A stretch of DNA of 64,000 nt from Marsupella aquatica (GCA_973895155.1 OZ316892.1:9590283-9654282); one strand, 5' to 3'; positions 1 to 12,151 are shown, counted from the first letter of the stretch. Numbers and translations are program-made. Notes: generated by a model from the letters alone, not told the origin.

Positions 1-1944
1 CCTTTGGTCATTGGGAAAGCTTTTGAGATGGGTATGTCAGAAGGAGGTACAGGAGGATGAAACTGCTGCAATGGAGATATTTGGAGTAGAGGTTATTTGT
101 AAGTTGGAGAAGGCACTCCCTCCCTCTTTCTTTGATGGCCAGGTTCATTTTCTCATACATTTAGTGCATGAGGTTGCAATTGCAGGCCCAGTGCATTGTC
201 GATGGATGTATTGGGTTGAGCGTTATATGGGGGTGATGAAGTCGTACGTCTCTAATCGCGCTAGGGTGGAAGCTAGCATTGCAGAGCGTCATCTTGGAGC
301 AGAGAGTATGTTTTATTGTACAAACATAGTTGCCACACTAGATCCTAACGCTCCTAGGGGATGGATACCTGAGGCAGCGCGAGAGGCGGACTATGAGGAT
401 GATAGACTCACTGGGGCATCAGGAGAGCGTCTCTTGAGCTCAGCGGAGCGTTTGCAGCTCACAACATTTATGTTGTATAATTCACCAGAGGTTGTAGGGG
501 AGTGGACAACATTTTATGAGGAGGAGAAGAAAAATAGTCGGCGACCACGATTATTTCCCAAGTTTCACCCATACATGAAGTCAAAGATGCTAGAAGTGGA
601 TGCCTTGGTGGGTATTGGGGAGAGCATATCACACTTCCCAAAGGTGACTGATAAGCTTCATACCTTGATTCATGGTCCACTACTTATAGTCACGACTCGG
701 ACAGCCATGTGGTCCAAGGGGAGACATTTTCGTGTTGAACGACTTGATGAGAAGAGGGCAGCTACACAAGATTGTGGGGTGATGGGTTGGTTCACCCAGG
801 ATTCACAGAGTAGCACATCAGACAGGAATCCCATTCGGTCCACCGTCGCCCATTATGGAAAGATTGAGGAAATCCTTACCATAAAGTACCATGCACATAC
901 TACTTTGGAGGAAGTGGTATTAAAGTGCAAATGGTTCAAGATGAATCTTGTGGGCCACAACCGGACATGTGAAGATGATGCATGCGGTTTTACCCGGTTG
1001 AAGACAACCACAAATAGTGTCATCAGCTCAAACTGGAGGTCCTCAGATCCCTTTGCATTCCCCCATCACCTTGAACAATGTTTTTACCTACCCTATCCAG
1101 ATGACTCAGATTGGTCCATTGTCATGCCATACATTCCACGATCACGATCCATCGTCCAGGATAGACCTAACGTAGTTATAGTGGAAGATACTAACATTCC
1201 CTCCACTAGTTAGATATCTAGTACATCAAAGGCGGAGCTAACCCCTACCATCTTATTTGTGGCTATTTTATTGGCATTACATATTTATCGGCATTTCATG
1301 TGTTCTCACACTCTACCATTGCATAAACTATATTGCTACAAGTATCCAGGATCAAACCATGACCACAATACAATGTCCCATTGTCAATCCCATGGAATCT
1401 ACATCGCACAGGCATCGGTACTCGGCCGGAGAACTAAACCTCTTTCCGATATTGAAAGTGACGGGACACATGCGATTCAAAACCTATCGGACACATTTTT
1501 CCGTTCCAGAAACCATCGGACCCCTCGGCAAAAATGATGAAGGAGGGGTCCGATATGCTTACCTTTGGACAACTTCCGATACTGTAACTATCGCACGTAG
1601 GTTCCAAAGCAATGTCTTTCCCAATATTATGTCCGTTGGTTTAAATATCGGACAATGTCCGTTTGTTTTTCCAACGAGCCTCAGGTCCGAGTGTAACTGC
1701 ATCGGAAGCTAAAGCCTTACTTTTGTCGTCTTTTTGCGATGCTATTAATTTCGGACATTGTTCGATAGTTCTGGTATGGGATAGTTTTTGCGAAGCATTT
1801 TCCATCGGTACATTTATTTCCGATATATCATGAATCGGAAATTACGATGGTTTTAATATCGGAAGTTGTTCGATGCGTTCGGTTTCGGATGGCTAAAAGA
1901 AGCCGCGATTTGAGTATCGGAAAGAGACCAAAAATGTACTAGTG
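1..1944 (+). mobile_element. CACTA (En/Spm) DNA transposon #1, 3' portion (left end outside the window), inserted into copia pol
   Basis: Transposase C-terminus at 11..1213. Subterminal ATCGGA/TCCGAT motifs are dense at ~1480-1925. The element ends ...aaaaatgtactagtg at 1944 (reverse complement CACTAGTACA), followed by copia coding sequence. Confidence 0.9.
11..1213 (+). CDS. CACTA TnpD-type transposase C-terminal part (DUF4218 + DUF4216-like), 5'-truncated by the window edge
   Basis: Motifs CKLEKALPPSFFD, HLVHEV, GPVHCRWMYWVERYM, NRARVEASIAE, HYGKIEEI, LKCKWF, DPFAFP..EQCFYLPYP..DWSIV. Collinear with the transposase of element #2. Confidence 0.9.
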   Translation: MGKLLRWVCQKEVQEDETAAMEIFGVEVICKLEKALPPSFFDGQVHFLIHLVHEVAIAGPVHCRWMYWVERYMGVMKSYVSNRARVEASIAERHLGAESMFYCTNIVATLDPNAPRGWIPEAAREADYEDDRLTGASGERLLSSAERLQLTTFMLYNSPEVVGEWTTFYEEEKKNSRRPRLFPKFHPYMKSKMLEVDALVGIGESISHFPKVTDKLHTLIHGPLLIVTTRTAMWSKGRHFRVERLDEKRAATQDCGVMGWFTQDSQSSTSDRNPIRSTVAHYGKIEEILTIKYHAHTTLEEVVLKCKWFKMNLVGHNRTCEDDACGFTRLKTTTNSVISSNWRSSDPFAFPHHLEQCFYLPYPDDSDWSIVMPYIPRSRSIVQDRPNVVIVEDTNIPSTS

Positions 1945-4523
1945 GAGGCTTGTGCTTCAGAGCAGAAGCATGAGTAGAATGCAGCAATGCAGAGGGAGTT
2001 GCAATCTTTGAGTGACAACAAGACATGTGAGTTGGAGCTTCCAAGAGGTTAGCAAGTGGTGGACAGCAAGTGGATTTACAAGTTGAAGGACAGTCCTTCA
2101 ATCAGAGGGTGGAGATAAGATCTACAAGGCAAGGCTTGTTGCCAAGGGATTCACTCAGGAGAAAGGAGTGGATTACAATGAGGTCTTTTCACCAGTGGCT
2201 AAGTATTCCACAATTCGGATCTTGTATCAGCTTGTTGTGTTTTTTAATCTGGTGATGGATCAGATGGATGTTGTTACTGCTTTGCTCTATGGCAACTTGG
2301 AAGAGATGATCTTCATGAGACAGCCGCTAGGCTTTATGAAGAAAGGCCAAGAGAACTTAGTTTGCAGATTGCTCAAGTCCTTGTATGGATTGAAGTAGTC
2401 TCCCAGATAGTGAAACAAGCGGTTTGATGATTTCATGCTTGCTCAAGGTTTTACAAGGATGGTGTATGATCCTTGTGTGTATACAAAATCAGTCAAGAAT
2501 GATGTATTTGGTTTCATCATTCTGGTGATCTATGTGGATGACATGCTAATTGTGGCTAAAGATCAATCTAAGGTTGACAGTCTCAAGGCAAAACTGAGTG
2601 TTGAATTCAGGATGAAGGAACTTGGTAAGGCCAAGAGGATCTTAGGGATGGAGATTTTTAGGAACTCTGATACTGGACAGTTGTGCTTGAGTCAAGGTCA
2701 GTATGTAAGGAAAATACTTGCACGATTCAACATGGAGAACTATAAGCCAGTGAGTATTCCTTTAGCTTCACACTTCAAGTTATCATCGGCTTTCTCTCCT
2801 ACGGATGTTGTGGAGAAAGGTCTGATAGCTAAGATTCCTTATGAGAAGGCAATAGGCAGTCTGATGTATTTGATGACTTGTACTAGGCCTGACTTGGCCC
2901 TAGCGATGGGCAAGGTTAGCAGATTCATGTCAAATCCAAGGAAGGTACATTGGGAAGCTGTGAAGTGGATTCTCAGGTATCTCAAGGGTACACAGGACTA
3001 TGGATTACTATTTGATAACAAATCAGATACAACGTTAGTTGGCTATGTAGATTCTGACTATGGAGGCTGTCTGGATACAAGGAGGTCTACACCCTGGGCC
3101 CTTAGTGTTACTAATACAGGGAGGACGTGCGAACAACGCAAGGGTATTTTTAATGTAATGCAAACTAATTTTTATAACAGTTTTTAAAGTAGGCAACATC
3201 CCTCTATATACATTCACCACAATATTAGTAATAAGGCAAGAATCAAATACATGTCACATAAATCTTATGCAAGGGTACCCAAAATGCCAAGTACACGCGT
3301 CACTATATGGTTGACACACATGTCATCACTTCATTTGCACACGTGTCCATATAGTAAATCAGATATTTAATTATTATCATCTTAAGGCAAGTTTGGTTTC
3401 GTTGGTCCCCTTATGGTGGAACAAATGGGTTAAGGTAGACATGTTTACCCGCATGTTTAGGAGTTAAGTGGGGAGTTGAGTAAATTTTGGGCCAGGATCT
3501 TTGGGCCCAACTTGGTTGGGAAACTGGGATTGATGGGGATCCATGGATTAATCCCACATGGACGGACAAGATTACTTTTGAATTCCCTTGAATCAAACAG
3601 CCATGTATGAGGCCAGATGTGTTTGTGTATTGAGGGAGGGGTCTCGAGCGCTCAAACAATGTTTGTTATAGTTGGTTCAGACTTTGAAGTATTATTCTTG
3701 GATTATACATATATAGTACTAATGAAAACTAGAAGTTCAGAGGCACTTTTGCGAACACTAAGACAAAACTGCAGGTCTATGTGTAAACTATAGGAAGAAC
3801 TATAATTTTCTCTCGTCCTAATTTTGTTTATCTATATAAAATATGTACCTTGAACATCGAGCATAACATACAAGTCCCCTATGAAAGATAAAGTTTTAAC
3901 TATTTCAGTATGATATTTGTAATTCTAAAAATTCAAGGGTGTTTTCAATTCCTTGAAAAACTCTATTATAATTTATAAAAGGATAAAATTTAATATGAAA
4001 AGTTAATATTTTTACATTAACAAGGGGATTTTTTTTGTGAACAAAAATATTAAGAAGAGGTACACGGGGGGTATCTGTTCTCAGGGGGGTTCACTTGATA
4101 TAGTAAGAGTGAGGGCCCAGGGGGTCTACAACTGGGTTTGTTTTTACTCTTGGAGGAGGATGTATCAATTAGAAATCTACCTTGTAGAAGTGTATATCTC
4201 AGTCTACTACAGAAGCAAAATATGTTGCAGCAGCAAAAGCGGCAAAGGAAGCTATTTGGTTAGATAAGTTGATTGCGGAGATGGGTTTAGAGCATGGCAA
4301 AATGACTCTAAACTATGATAGTCAGAGTGCTCTTCACTTGGCTGCTGACCAGGTGATGGATAGCAGGGTGAAGCACATTGATATCAGGTACCATTTTATC
4401 AAACAAGCAGTGTCTGATAAAACTTTTGAGCTAGTCAAGATTGATGGAAAGCTCAATCCTGCTGATGCCTTTACCAAAGTGATTCCTTTGGAGAGTTTCT
4501 CAAGACACCGTGCTACTTTGTAG
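1945..4523 (+). pseudogene. Decayed Ty1/copia pol (reverse transcriptase + RNase H), interrupted at 3092-4122
   Basis: RT motifs DYNEVFSPVAK, QMDVVTA, LLKSLYGLK, YVDDML, GSLMYLMTCTRPDL. RNase H motifs GYVDSD, STTEA, KHIDIRYHF, NPADAFTK. Several in-frame stops (e.g. 2396, ~4168, ~4183). Confidence 0.93.
3092..4122. mobile_element. Non-autonomous TIR DNA element (1031 bp) with 8-bp TSD
   Basis: TSD ggtctaca at 3084-3091 and 4123-4130. Imperfect TIR ccctgggccctta.t.ttacta / tagtaagagtgagggcccaggg. Removing it plus one TSD copy restores the copia ...RRSTTGFVF frame. AT-rich interior with no recognisable coding sequence. Confidence 0.9.
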
Positions 4524-4725
4524 GTTTTGCAGTTGTAGTGCAAGTAGAGTTATTTAGCAATGTGTGACTATTTATATATGAATTACTCATTCCTATTTGG
4601 CTACGGCTTAGTTCTAGTTAACCCTTAGTTAACCCTTGTGGTTTTTAGTGGTTTGGTAATTGTCTAGAACTTCCCGCTGAGGATTCCATATGGTAGCATT
4701 TAGTCCAGTCCCCAAGACAAGAGTC

Positions 4726-5064
4726 AAGGGGGAGTTTTTTAGATATTGTTCTAGTCTTGTGACTCATGAGCTAATCACAGTTAGTCTAACTCGGTTTAGG
4801 ACTTAGCTAATGTTAGCGGTTGTGCGGTTGTGCGGTTGTGCATATAGCCAGGGCTGAAGCCAGACCCTGGTGGAACTTAGGCTCATGTTTACGGAGCTAG
4901 TTGAGAGATAGGGAGAGCTTGTGCTGTGGATGCTTGGTATGGCTGGACGGCCTAGAGTGTAGTAAAGCTCTTGTGTGTTCCCGTGGATGTAGCCTCATGT
5001 GGAGGTGAACCACGTATCTCTCTGTGTTGACTATTGTGCGTTGGATGATTCATGGGCTTGCCGT
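4726..5064 (+). repeat. Copia polypurine tract and 3' LTR (left part; continues at 14797-14823 after the CACTA #2 insertion)
   Basis: PPT aagggggag at 4726-4734, ~200 bp after the RNase H stop, followed by a mutated TGTT-like start. After CACTA #2 the sequence resumes and ends in ...caccaaca (14823), a plausible LTR CA terminus. Confidence 0.65.
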
Positions 5065-6025
5065 CACTACAACATAATTGACACTTTTGCGAAGGTATTT
5101 TTGTCGACGCTCTTGTATTTCCGATGGGCGTCGCTTTGCATAATTTGCGAATCAACCCGCATCGCAATTTGCGATTCTATCCCTATCGCAAATATAATAC
5201 TTGAAGCGCATTATATCGCTAATACGTTGCGAAGTAAGTGGTTTTGCAAGTTTTACCAAAACGCGCCGAATGGAAAGGCACCTTCTGAAGACGAGAAAAT
5301 CGCTCGCCAACTCCGAAACTAACTCATGTAAATATTTGCAAAGAAGGTTGGATTGAAAATGTTTTGCGATAGTAGTTGTTTGACAAGTTTAAGAATGTCG
5401 GAGGATGGAAGATTTGCGAAACGGTGAGAATATGAAATTTATGATTGATTTTGCATCACAAGTTTGCGAAGAGTATAGTATGGAAATATTGAGAAAAGAG
5501 AAGCTTCATAGAAATTGCGAGTCCGGTGAGAGTTTGTGAGCTTCGCAAATTGTTCACAAACTAAAAATTAAGATTATTGTGAGGTGAGACAATGAAGAGG
5601 GTGGATGGTCCAATATATGGATGGGGCGGGAGGGAAGAGGAAGGGAGGATGGAGGGAGGTACAATGAAGGATGGAAAAGGGAGGGAGTACAATGGAAGAG
5701 GAAGGAGGGAGGAGAAAGAGGAAGGGAGGAGGAGGGACAAACGTACCATGGAGGAGGGAAACACGAGGGTGAGAATGAAAATTATGGAATAAGTAGGAAA
5801 TAAAGTTATATTGAGCAACAGAGGTTAGATAGAAAGTTGCATGTAAAATTCACAAGTGATCACAATAAAACAATACAATACATATGTCATGAGTATAACT
5901 CATTCAAAAGTGAATGGCAAATATAAATATAGACAATACTTTTTTTTATATCACCAAACATGAACAAATCAAATATAACATGAACAAATGTCTAGGCTGG
6001 ACCCAAGTGCATATAAATATGTCCC

Positions 6026-9000
6026 TCACACTTGGTCCTCATCGGCCTCAAGGTCATCTAGGTCTGATACAATAACATTTGGCTTCTCAGAAACAATGGA
6101 ACGAGAACGTGGCACATAGGTGATGACAATTGACCACTCGGTGTCTAAGGGGTATGGAATGTAGAAACATTGCTCCAAGTGTGATGGGAAAGCAAATGGT
6201 TCTGACGTTTGCCAATGAGATGCTTGAACACTAGTGGCACTTGTCTTCAACCGTGTAAACCCACTCTCATCTTGAAGTACAGTGCAATTTTGACCAACAA
6301 GGTTCACTTTGAACCACTTGCACTTGAAGACATATTCCTCAAACTTTGAATGGTTGTCATATGATACCACCAAGATCTCCTCTATCTTCCCATAGTGTGG
6401 CACAACATCTCTAACAATGTTCCTGTCATGGCAGCTGCTTCTGGAGTCTTGAGAAAATTCCCCTTGAACTCCACAATCAAAAGTACGACCCCTCTTCTCA
6501 TCAAGGGAAGAAACCCTAAAATTAACAAAACCCACAAATTTTTATTACACAAAAGATACCATTAATGTAATAATCATCAAAATATGACACCCATCCCTAA
6601 ATAGCCAAAACCCACATGGCCTATGGCATAAATATAGAAGCCAACATTACAGTTATGGATGTCATTAATGATAATAGAAAGTTTTTAAACAATAGAAATA
6701 ACTAATCAAAATAAGGTCTACATGAATTAATAGAGGAAGAAAGGTTAGGTACTAGTGGACCTGAAGTGTCTCCCTTGTGTCCACATAGCCGTCTTGGATG
6801 TCACCACTCTCAAAGGGCCATGAACAATGGTCCGAACGTCATCTGTGATGGTAGGAAAGTGGGACACATCTCCTCCTTGTGTCACCATGTCATCCAACTC
6901 AAGCAACTTTTGCTTCATATACTCATGCATCTTAGGAAAAATTCTTGCTCTTTGACTTGTTCTCTTGGCATTCTCATAAAACTCTCTCCATTTCTCCATG
7001 ATATTACTATTACTCAACATAAATGTTGTCAACTATGACCACTCTGTTGATGTCAACATGCGTGTTTTTGTGGCACCTGTTAAACGGTCCTCCTCCTCTT
7101 CTCTTTCCTCCATCCAAGTACGTGGACAAGTAGGATCAATGGTGGCCAAGATGTTACTACAATAAAACATACTCTCTGCTGCCAAGTATCCTGTAGCTAT
7201 GCTTCCCTCCACCCGTGCACGGTTACGTACATAAGCCTTCAACACCGCCATGTAACGCTCAAGCCAATACATCCATCTACAATGCACTGGACCTGCAATG
7301 GCAACCTCCCGCACAAGATGCACAAGTAAATGAACCTGACAATCAAAGAAGGAAGGAGGAAGGGCTTTCTCCAACTTGCATACCACCTCAGCTGCCAATA
7401 CCTCCATCCTAGGGATCTCTTCTACATATATCTCTTTTGAGCATATTCATCTCAACAAACGACCCAATGACCAGATGGCATCTTGCACTTCTTCACTCCC
7501 TATACCTATAATTGCCACTGGCAATATATGCTGCAATAGGCGATGATAGTCATGTGTCTTCAGATATCGTGGCCACTTGTGATTGTCCTCCATCCCAAAA
7601 GCTTTTCGAAGGTTGGCACCATAGCCTGTAGGAAACCGCATCTCTCCTATACGGTTCTGAAATTCACGTCTTTGGCCAACACTCAACACCCAAGGAGTAG
7701 AAGGACGATTCTCCACACCTGCGATAGGATCAGTTGTCACCCAAACATCTGGATGCAGTTCCATCTCCTCGCATGCCTCCCTAAAATTAGTGTCCTTCTC
7801 CCCATAAAAATGCTTTATCAAAGCCTTCCCCACATTTCCCTCTATGTGCATGGGGTCTAAAAGATGGCGGATCTTCAACTCAGACCAATAGGGCAAAGTG
7901 GCTAGTATACTCCACCTGGTCAAACCTGTCCTATCAAAGGTGAAGGAATGATTTGGGTCTGCCACCCTATCAGCTAGTGACTTCCAATGTGCAAAACTTG
8001 TTGCATCAGGAATTTCACGCTCATCACTAAATGGCATGTCAAAGGAGGAGAATAGAAGTGGGTCAAACCTCATCTCATGCCCCATTGATGGGAAGAAACT
8101 TTGTATGCCCAATATAAACAATCTTTCTAATCCATGAACAATATGTGGCCATGTCCTCTAAGCTTGGGCCACAAGTAGAGCAAGCTTTGTACCCCTGAGT
8201 TTGCAATCCAGAGACAAAACCAAACCCTGCTTACATAGAAGAAATCAAACCATGCAAACTTTATGTTAGGGTTGTCACATGAGAAACAACAATAGGAACT
8301 ACACATTATTGAAGGGTTGCAAATGGCATGGAAGTCATATTACCAGGATAGTCATGCATTGTCCAACAAATGATCCCTCTTAATTGAAAGACACGTGGAA
8401 AACCTCCTATAATTTTCCTGCCATCATATGCCCACACTCCATTCCATAATTTTTGAAGTTCTCCAACCAATAGTGCCAAGTAAGTGTCAAAGTTCTTCAC
8501 CTTTTTTGGACCTGGGATAATCAAAGACAATAAAAGGAACCCCTTCTTTATGGATAGCCATGGTGGGAGGTTATAATTCATGACAACCACAGGCCAAACT
8601 GATGTAGGTTGCCCCTTTCCTCCAAGTGAATGAGGGCTAACTCCATCAGATGCCAATCCTAGCCTCACATGGCGAGGATCATGTGCAAAGTCTGGCCATG
8701 TTGCCTCAATATGTTTGTGAGCAGGGGAGTCAACTGGCAATCGCATGACACCAGACTCTGATCGATGAGTCTTATGCCATACCATCAACTCTGCCAAGTC
8801 AGAACACCGATACATGTGCAACAACCGAGGAATGATGGGAAACCAACGAACAGCCTTCCTTGGCACCTTCTTTGTTAGCATGTTGGGGTCATAGCGAGGC
8901 TCATCACATGTTGTACATTGTGTCATGTTTGCATTGGCCCCATGAAATAACATGCAATCATTCACACATGTATGAACAATATGATATTCCATGCCAATAG

Positions 9001-10847
9001 ATGAGAGAACACTCTTTGCCTCCTTCCAAGTTGCTGGCAACACATTCTCAGTGGGTAACATAAGGTCATGGCAAAGTGCAAACATATAAGATAACAAGGC
9101 ATTGCTTGCCTTGTGTTTGGCCTGTAGGTTCATCAACCCCAAGATGGCTGAAAGACGACTCAAACAAGCACCCTCATAGATAGGTGTTCGGGCATGTTCC
9201 TCTGCTTCTTCCCATTGGCGTTGTCCCTCAGGGGTATGTCTTGGGCCGGCGTGGATCATTGGGGGCACCTGCCCTTCATTGGGAAGGTCATCACCAGGGT
9301 TGTCGGCACCAAACCAATCAACCATGAAGTCATCCATGGCTCTATCCTGGTCATCAATTACTTGTTCATCCGTCCGAGGTACCTCTTCATCAGGGTTACT
9401 GCTTCCACTAGCACTTGATGAGGAGTGTGACTCTGATCCATGTCCTTCTTCTGGCATACCCATTTCTCGATATGTTGCTCTCAATCTCCGTGGTAACATA
9501 TTTGGAGAGGGTCGCACATTCTAAAAACAAAGCAAACAATTGAAAGTTATATTGCAAAGAGAACACACACAAAAATGGGCTAGGGGTGTGCAAAAATGAA
9601 ATAATATTGGTTGTGGTGCAAATACAAAATGTGGCCAAAGGCCATATGTAGTGTCCTTTGATATGCAACATACCACCTATGACCCTTAACTTAACCCTAA
9701 TCCCACATAGTGAGTAAATAACTCATCCCCTGAGTTAATGGTCCTCGTCGCTACAACTAGGCAATGGTCATGATGATATGTCTGGCCATAACGTGCTGGC
9801 GGAGGACCCTCAATGAAAACCCACTCACAATTTTGCCTATGCTTAGGGCGAGTCCCCACGGTACTGTTTATGAAACCAGCAATATTCCCAGTCCGTATGG
9901 GGTCCCCATCTATGACACGCTGCTCACTATACCTTCTAGTGTTTCCATCAAAAGTATCCATGTCCAATGCATAAGTCTTCCATTCAGGGTGTTGTGCAAG
10001 GATCATGTTCCAATGTCTTCTCTTGTAGATGGGTCCACCATAAGGAAACAAAGTAGGCCCCTCTCGGCCGCGTCCACCTCTACCACTCTCGGCGTCCACA
10101 ATGATGTCCTCACAGGCAAAAACTCCATAGCCATGTCTATCCCCAAGTGTGGAAGGTTTGATAACCCAACGTCTACCCCAAACCTCTACCTCCGCACCGT
10201 AGGAAAGCTGTTGTGGCAAACCAAGAGTCTCAGGATCCCAGTCCTTGATGATAGGGACACATCTGCCAGTGAACTCACAATCACCCCACCTACCCGTAAC
10301 CACTGCCTTGTACAAATCAGTATCCCCTAGGGCCCGCCTCTTGGAACGCTTTCTCCCTCTTGGGACAATAGCCTCAACCCCAACTTCCCTAGGACTGGTG
10401 GGCCTTGCCGCTAGACCCAAGGCTTTTGAGAATGCATTGCCTATAGCATCTAGAACACCTTGTGATGGGACATAGGGTGCTTGTGCCACAGGTCTAGGCC
10501 TATTGGATACCTATTCCACCAAAACCAAAACAAACAAAAGTAGGTGTGAAATTAAAAACCTTCAACCATTGAGTAATGGGAATAGGGTAGGAAAACTAAG
10601 GCATAACACTTATAATATGAGATGAAGAAGCCCCTGCCGTATGACATCCACAACGCCCATATCTCTCAATATGTTGGGCACATATGTAAGATTTTTGGGA
10701 AACCTGACCCACACATCTGGAACATTCACAAAGTTGACGGGGTGGACCGCGAGGAGGAGGTGCGGTCGTGTGATGTTGAGGTGGAGGTGGTGTATCTTCA
10801 TCAGAGGAGGACGAGTCTGTGGTGGAGATTTCAGAAGATGAAGACAT
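6026..10847 (-). pseudogene. CACTA TnpD transposase gene (Transposase_21 + DUF4218 + DUF4216), spliced and inactivated
   Basis: Exons approx. 10847-10614, 9520-8344, ~8226-6761, 6515-6026. Motifs HTCVNDCMLF, WFPIIPRL, PRHVRLGLASDG, SVWPV..NYNLPPW, GPK, WTMHDYPG, LDPMHIEGNV, LKTHDYH. Lesions: frameshift ~8080, TGA at 7447, TAG at 7033, exon-1 donor reads ATAAGT. Confidence 0.92.
9686..10510 (-). CDS. SET-domain (lysine methyltransferase-like) exon inside the CACTA element
   Basis: Uninterrupted frame with SET signature motifs in order: VIKPS..G.HGYGVFACEDI, LFPYGGPIY, YALD, IDG...GNIAGFINS...QNC, LVVATRTINSGDELFTHY. A phase-0 acceptor (…ggaatag|GTA at 10510) is in frame with upstream exon 10847-10614. 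Confidence 0.85.
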   Translation of the reverse strand, partial: VSNRPRPVAQAPYVPSQGVLDAIGNAFSKALGLAARPTSPREVGVEAIVPRGRKRSKRRALGDTDLYKAVVTGRWGDCEFTGRCVPIIKDWDPETLGLPQQLSYGAEVEVWGRRWVIKPSTLGDRHGYGVFACEDIIVDAESGRGGRGREGPTLFPYGGPIYKRRHWNMILAQHPEWKTYALDMDTFDGNTRRYSEQRVIDGDPIRTGNIAGFINSTVGTRPKHRQNCEWVFIEGPPPARYGQTYHHDHCLVVATRTINSGDELFTHYVGLGLS

Positions 10848-11509
10848 ATCCCCTGTAACAAGATATAATTAAAATGGGCATGTTATGACCAAAACATACC
10901 ACAAAATGATATAAATCAAAGTTCCCAAATAATGATGACAAGAAACCCAAACCAAAATGACCATAGCAATAAAAAAGGTACCTTTATGAGACCCGGGCTC
11001 AGCAGTGCCAATAGGTCTTGTGGCTCTAAGATAATTAATGAACCCAATCTGAAAGTATGAGGGAAAAGCTGCAACCATTCCATGTACAGATATGTAAGCA
11101 CAATAATCTGGACCAGACAAGAACAAAAAACCCTATATACATGTCCCCTTTATACATAGTGGCAACCAAAAGTGTTAAGTACATGAAAGGAACACTTGAG
11201 CCGATCATGCAATGTTTACCTTTCAAATGCCCGGGCTCTCACAATGCATATGCATTAGTATCAAATCATCAAAAAGTGCCGCACCCTGCAAGCTATCATA
11301 TAGTCCCCTCCTTTGTTAGCAAAACCCATGCCAATCCCTTTTTGATTCATAAACCCAATGAACCTCTCTTAAACCCAAAAGGCTGCAATATAAATCTCAT
11401 GAAACCTTGCTTTGTCTTATCCAAACCTTCAACCCCAAACCGCATCCTACCTATTAAACCTAAATCTGACTTACACACAAACCCAAACCTTTCTTCAACC
11501 TTAGAGACC

Positions 11510-11640
11510 TTTCTATTTAAAAACCCCAAACCCTAAAACCCTAAACCCAAACCTTACTTATTTCTTGTAAACCAAATCCCACACCTTTATTATTTCTTCT
11601 AAACTAATGTAAACCCAAACCTTAGCCTAAACCAACACCA
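11510..11640. promoter_or_regulatory. Telo-box-like (AAACCCTA) degenerate repeats in the region between the divergent genes of CACTA #2
   Basis: aaaccccaaaccctaaaaccctaaacccaaacc and further aaaccc variants. A regulatory role is inferred. Confidence 0.4.
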
Positions 11641-12151
11641 TACATAACCCATTAACCTGAAATCTGCCTAACCCTTCAAACCCGCCTTCAACTATTATCT
11701 AACACCCAAAACATGGCCAAAAAACATTCCAAATATGAGTATAGAGGGGTCCACTTCACCTTTGAAAAAAACCCTTTCAAATGAAACCAACATTCCCCCC
11801 AGGACGAGTTGCCAATGTCTTGCGAAGCCGCTTCCTTCGCAAATACCATCACAAATTAGAATTGAGTTTTGCGAAGCTGCTGCTTTCGCACGACCTTCAG
11901 AAAAATAGAGCCCGAGAGCATTTCTGCGAGAGAGCGAAGGTGTTGCGAAGCCTTTCACGTCGCAATGGTTTCGCAAATTTGAGAAACTACATGCGAAACT
12001 AGAAGGATCGCAACTTGCGAAACGGGTTGCTTCGCAAGTCTTTCCCGCTTGTACTTTTGCACTTGGCCGCGGCGTACTCAGCGGCATTTGACAAATTTCA
12101 AGCGTAGGGAGGGAGAAGGGAGCTTGCGCGCGCTCGGGGGGTGGCTTAGCT

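Noticed and set aside
1257-1712. 151-aa ORF downstream of the transposase
   Set aside because: Non-ATG start, overlaps the 3' UTR and subterminal repeats, and has no recognisable domain.
11521-11555. Telomere or interstitial telomeric array
   Set aside because: Only about two good AAACCCT units in degenerate context; better read as telo-box-like motifs.
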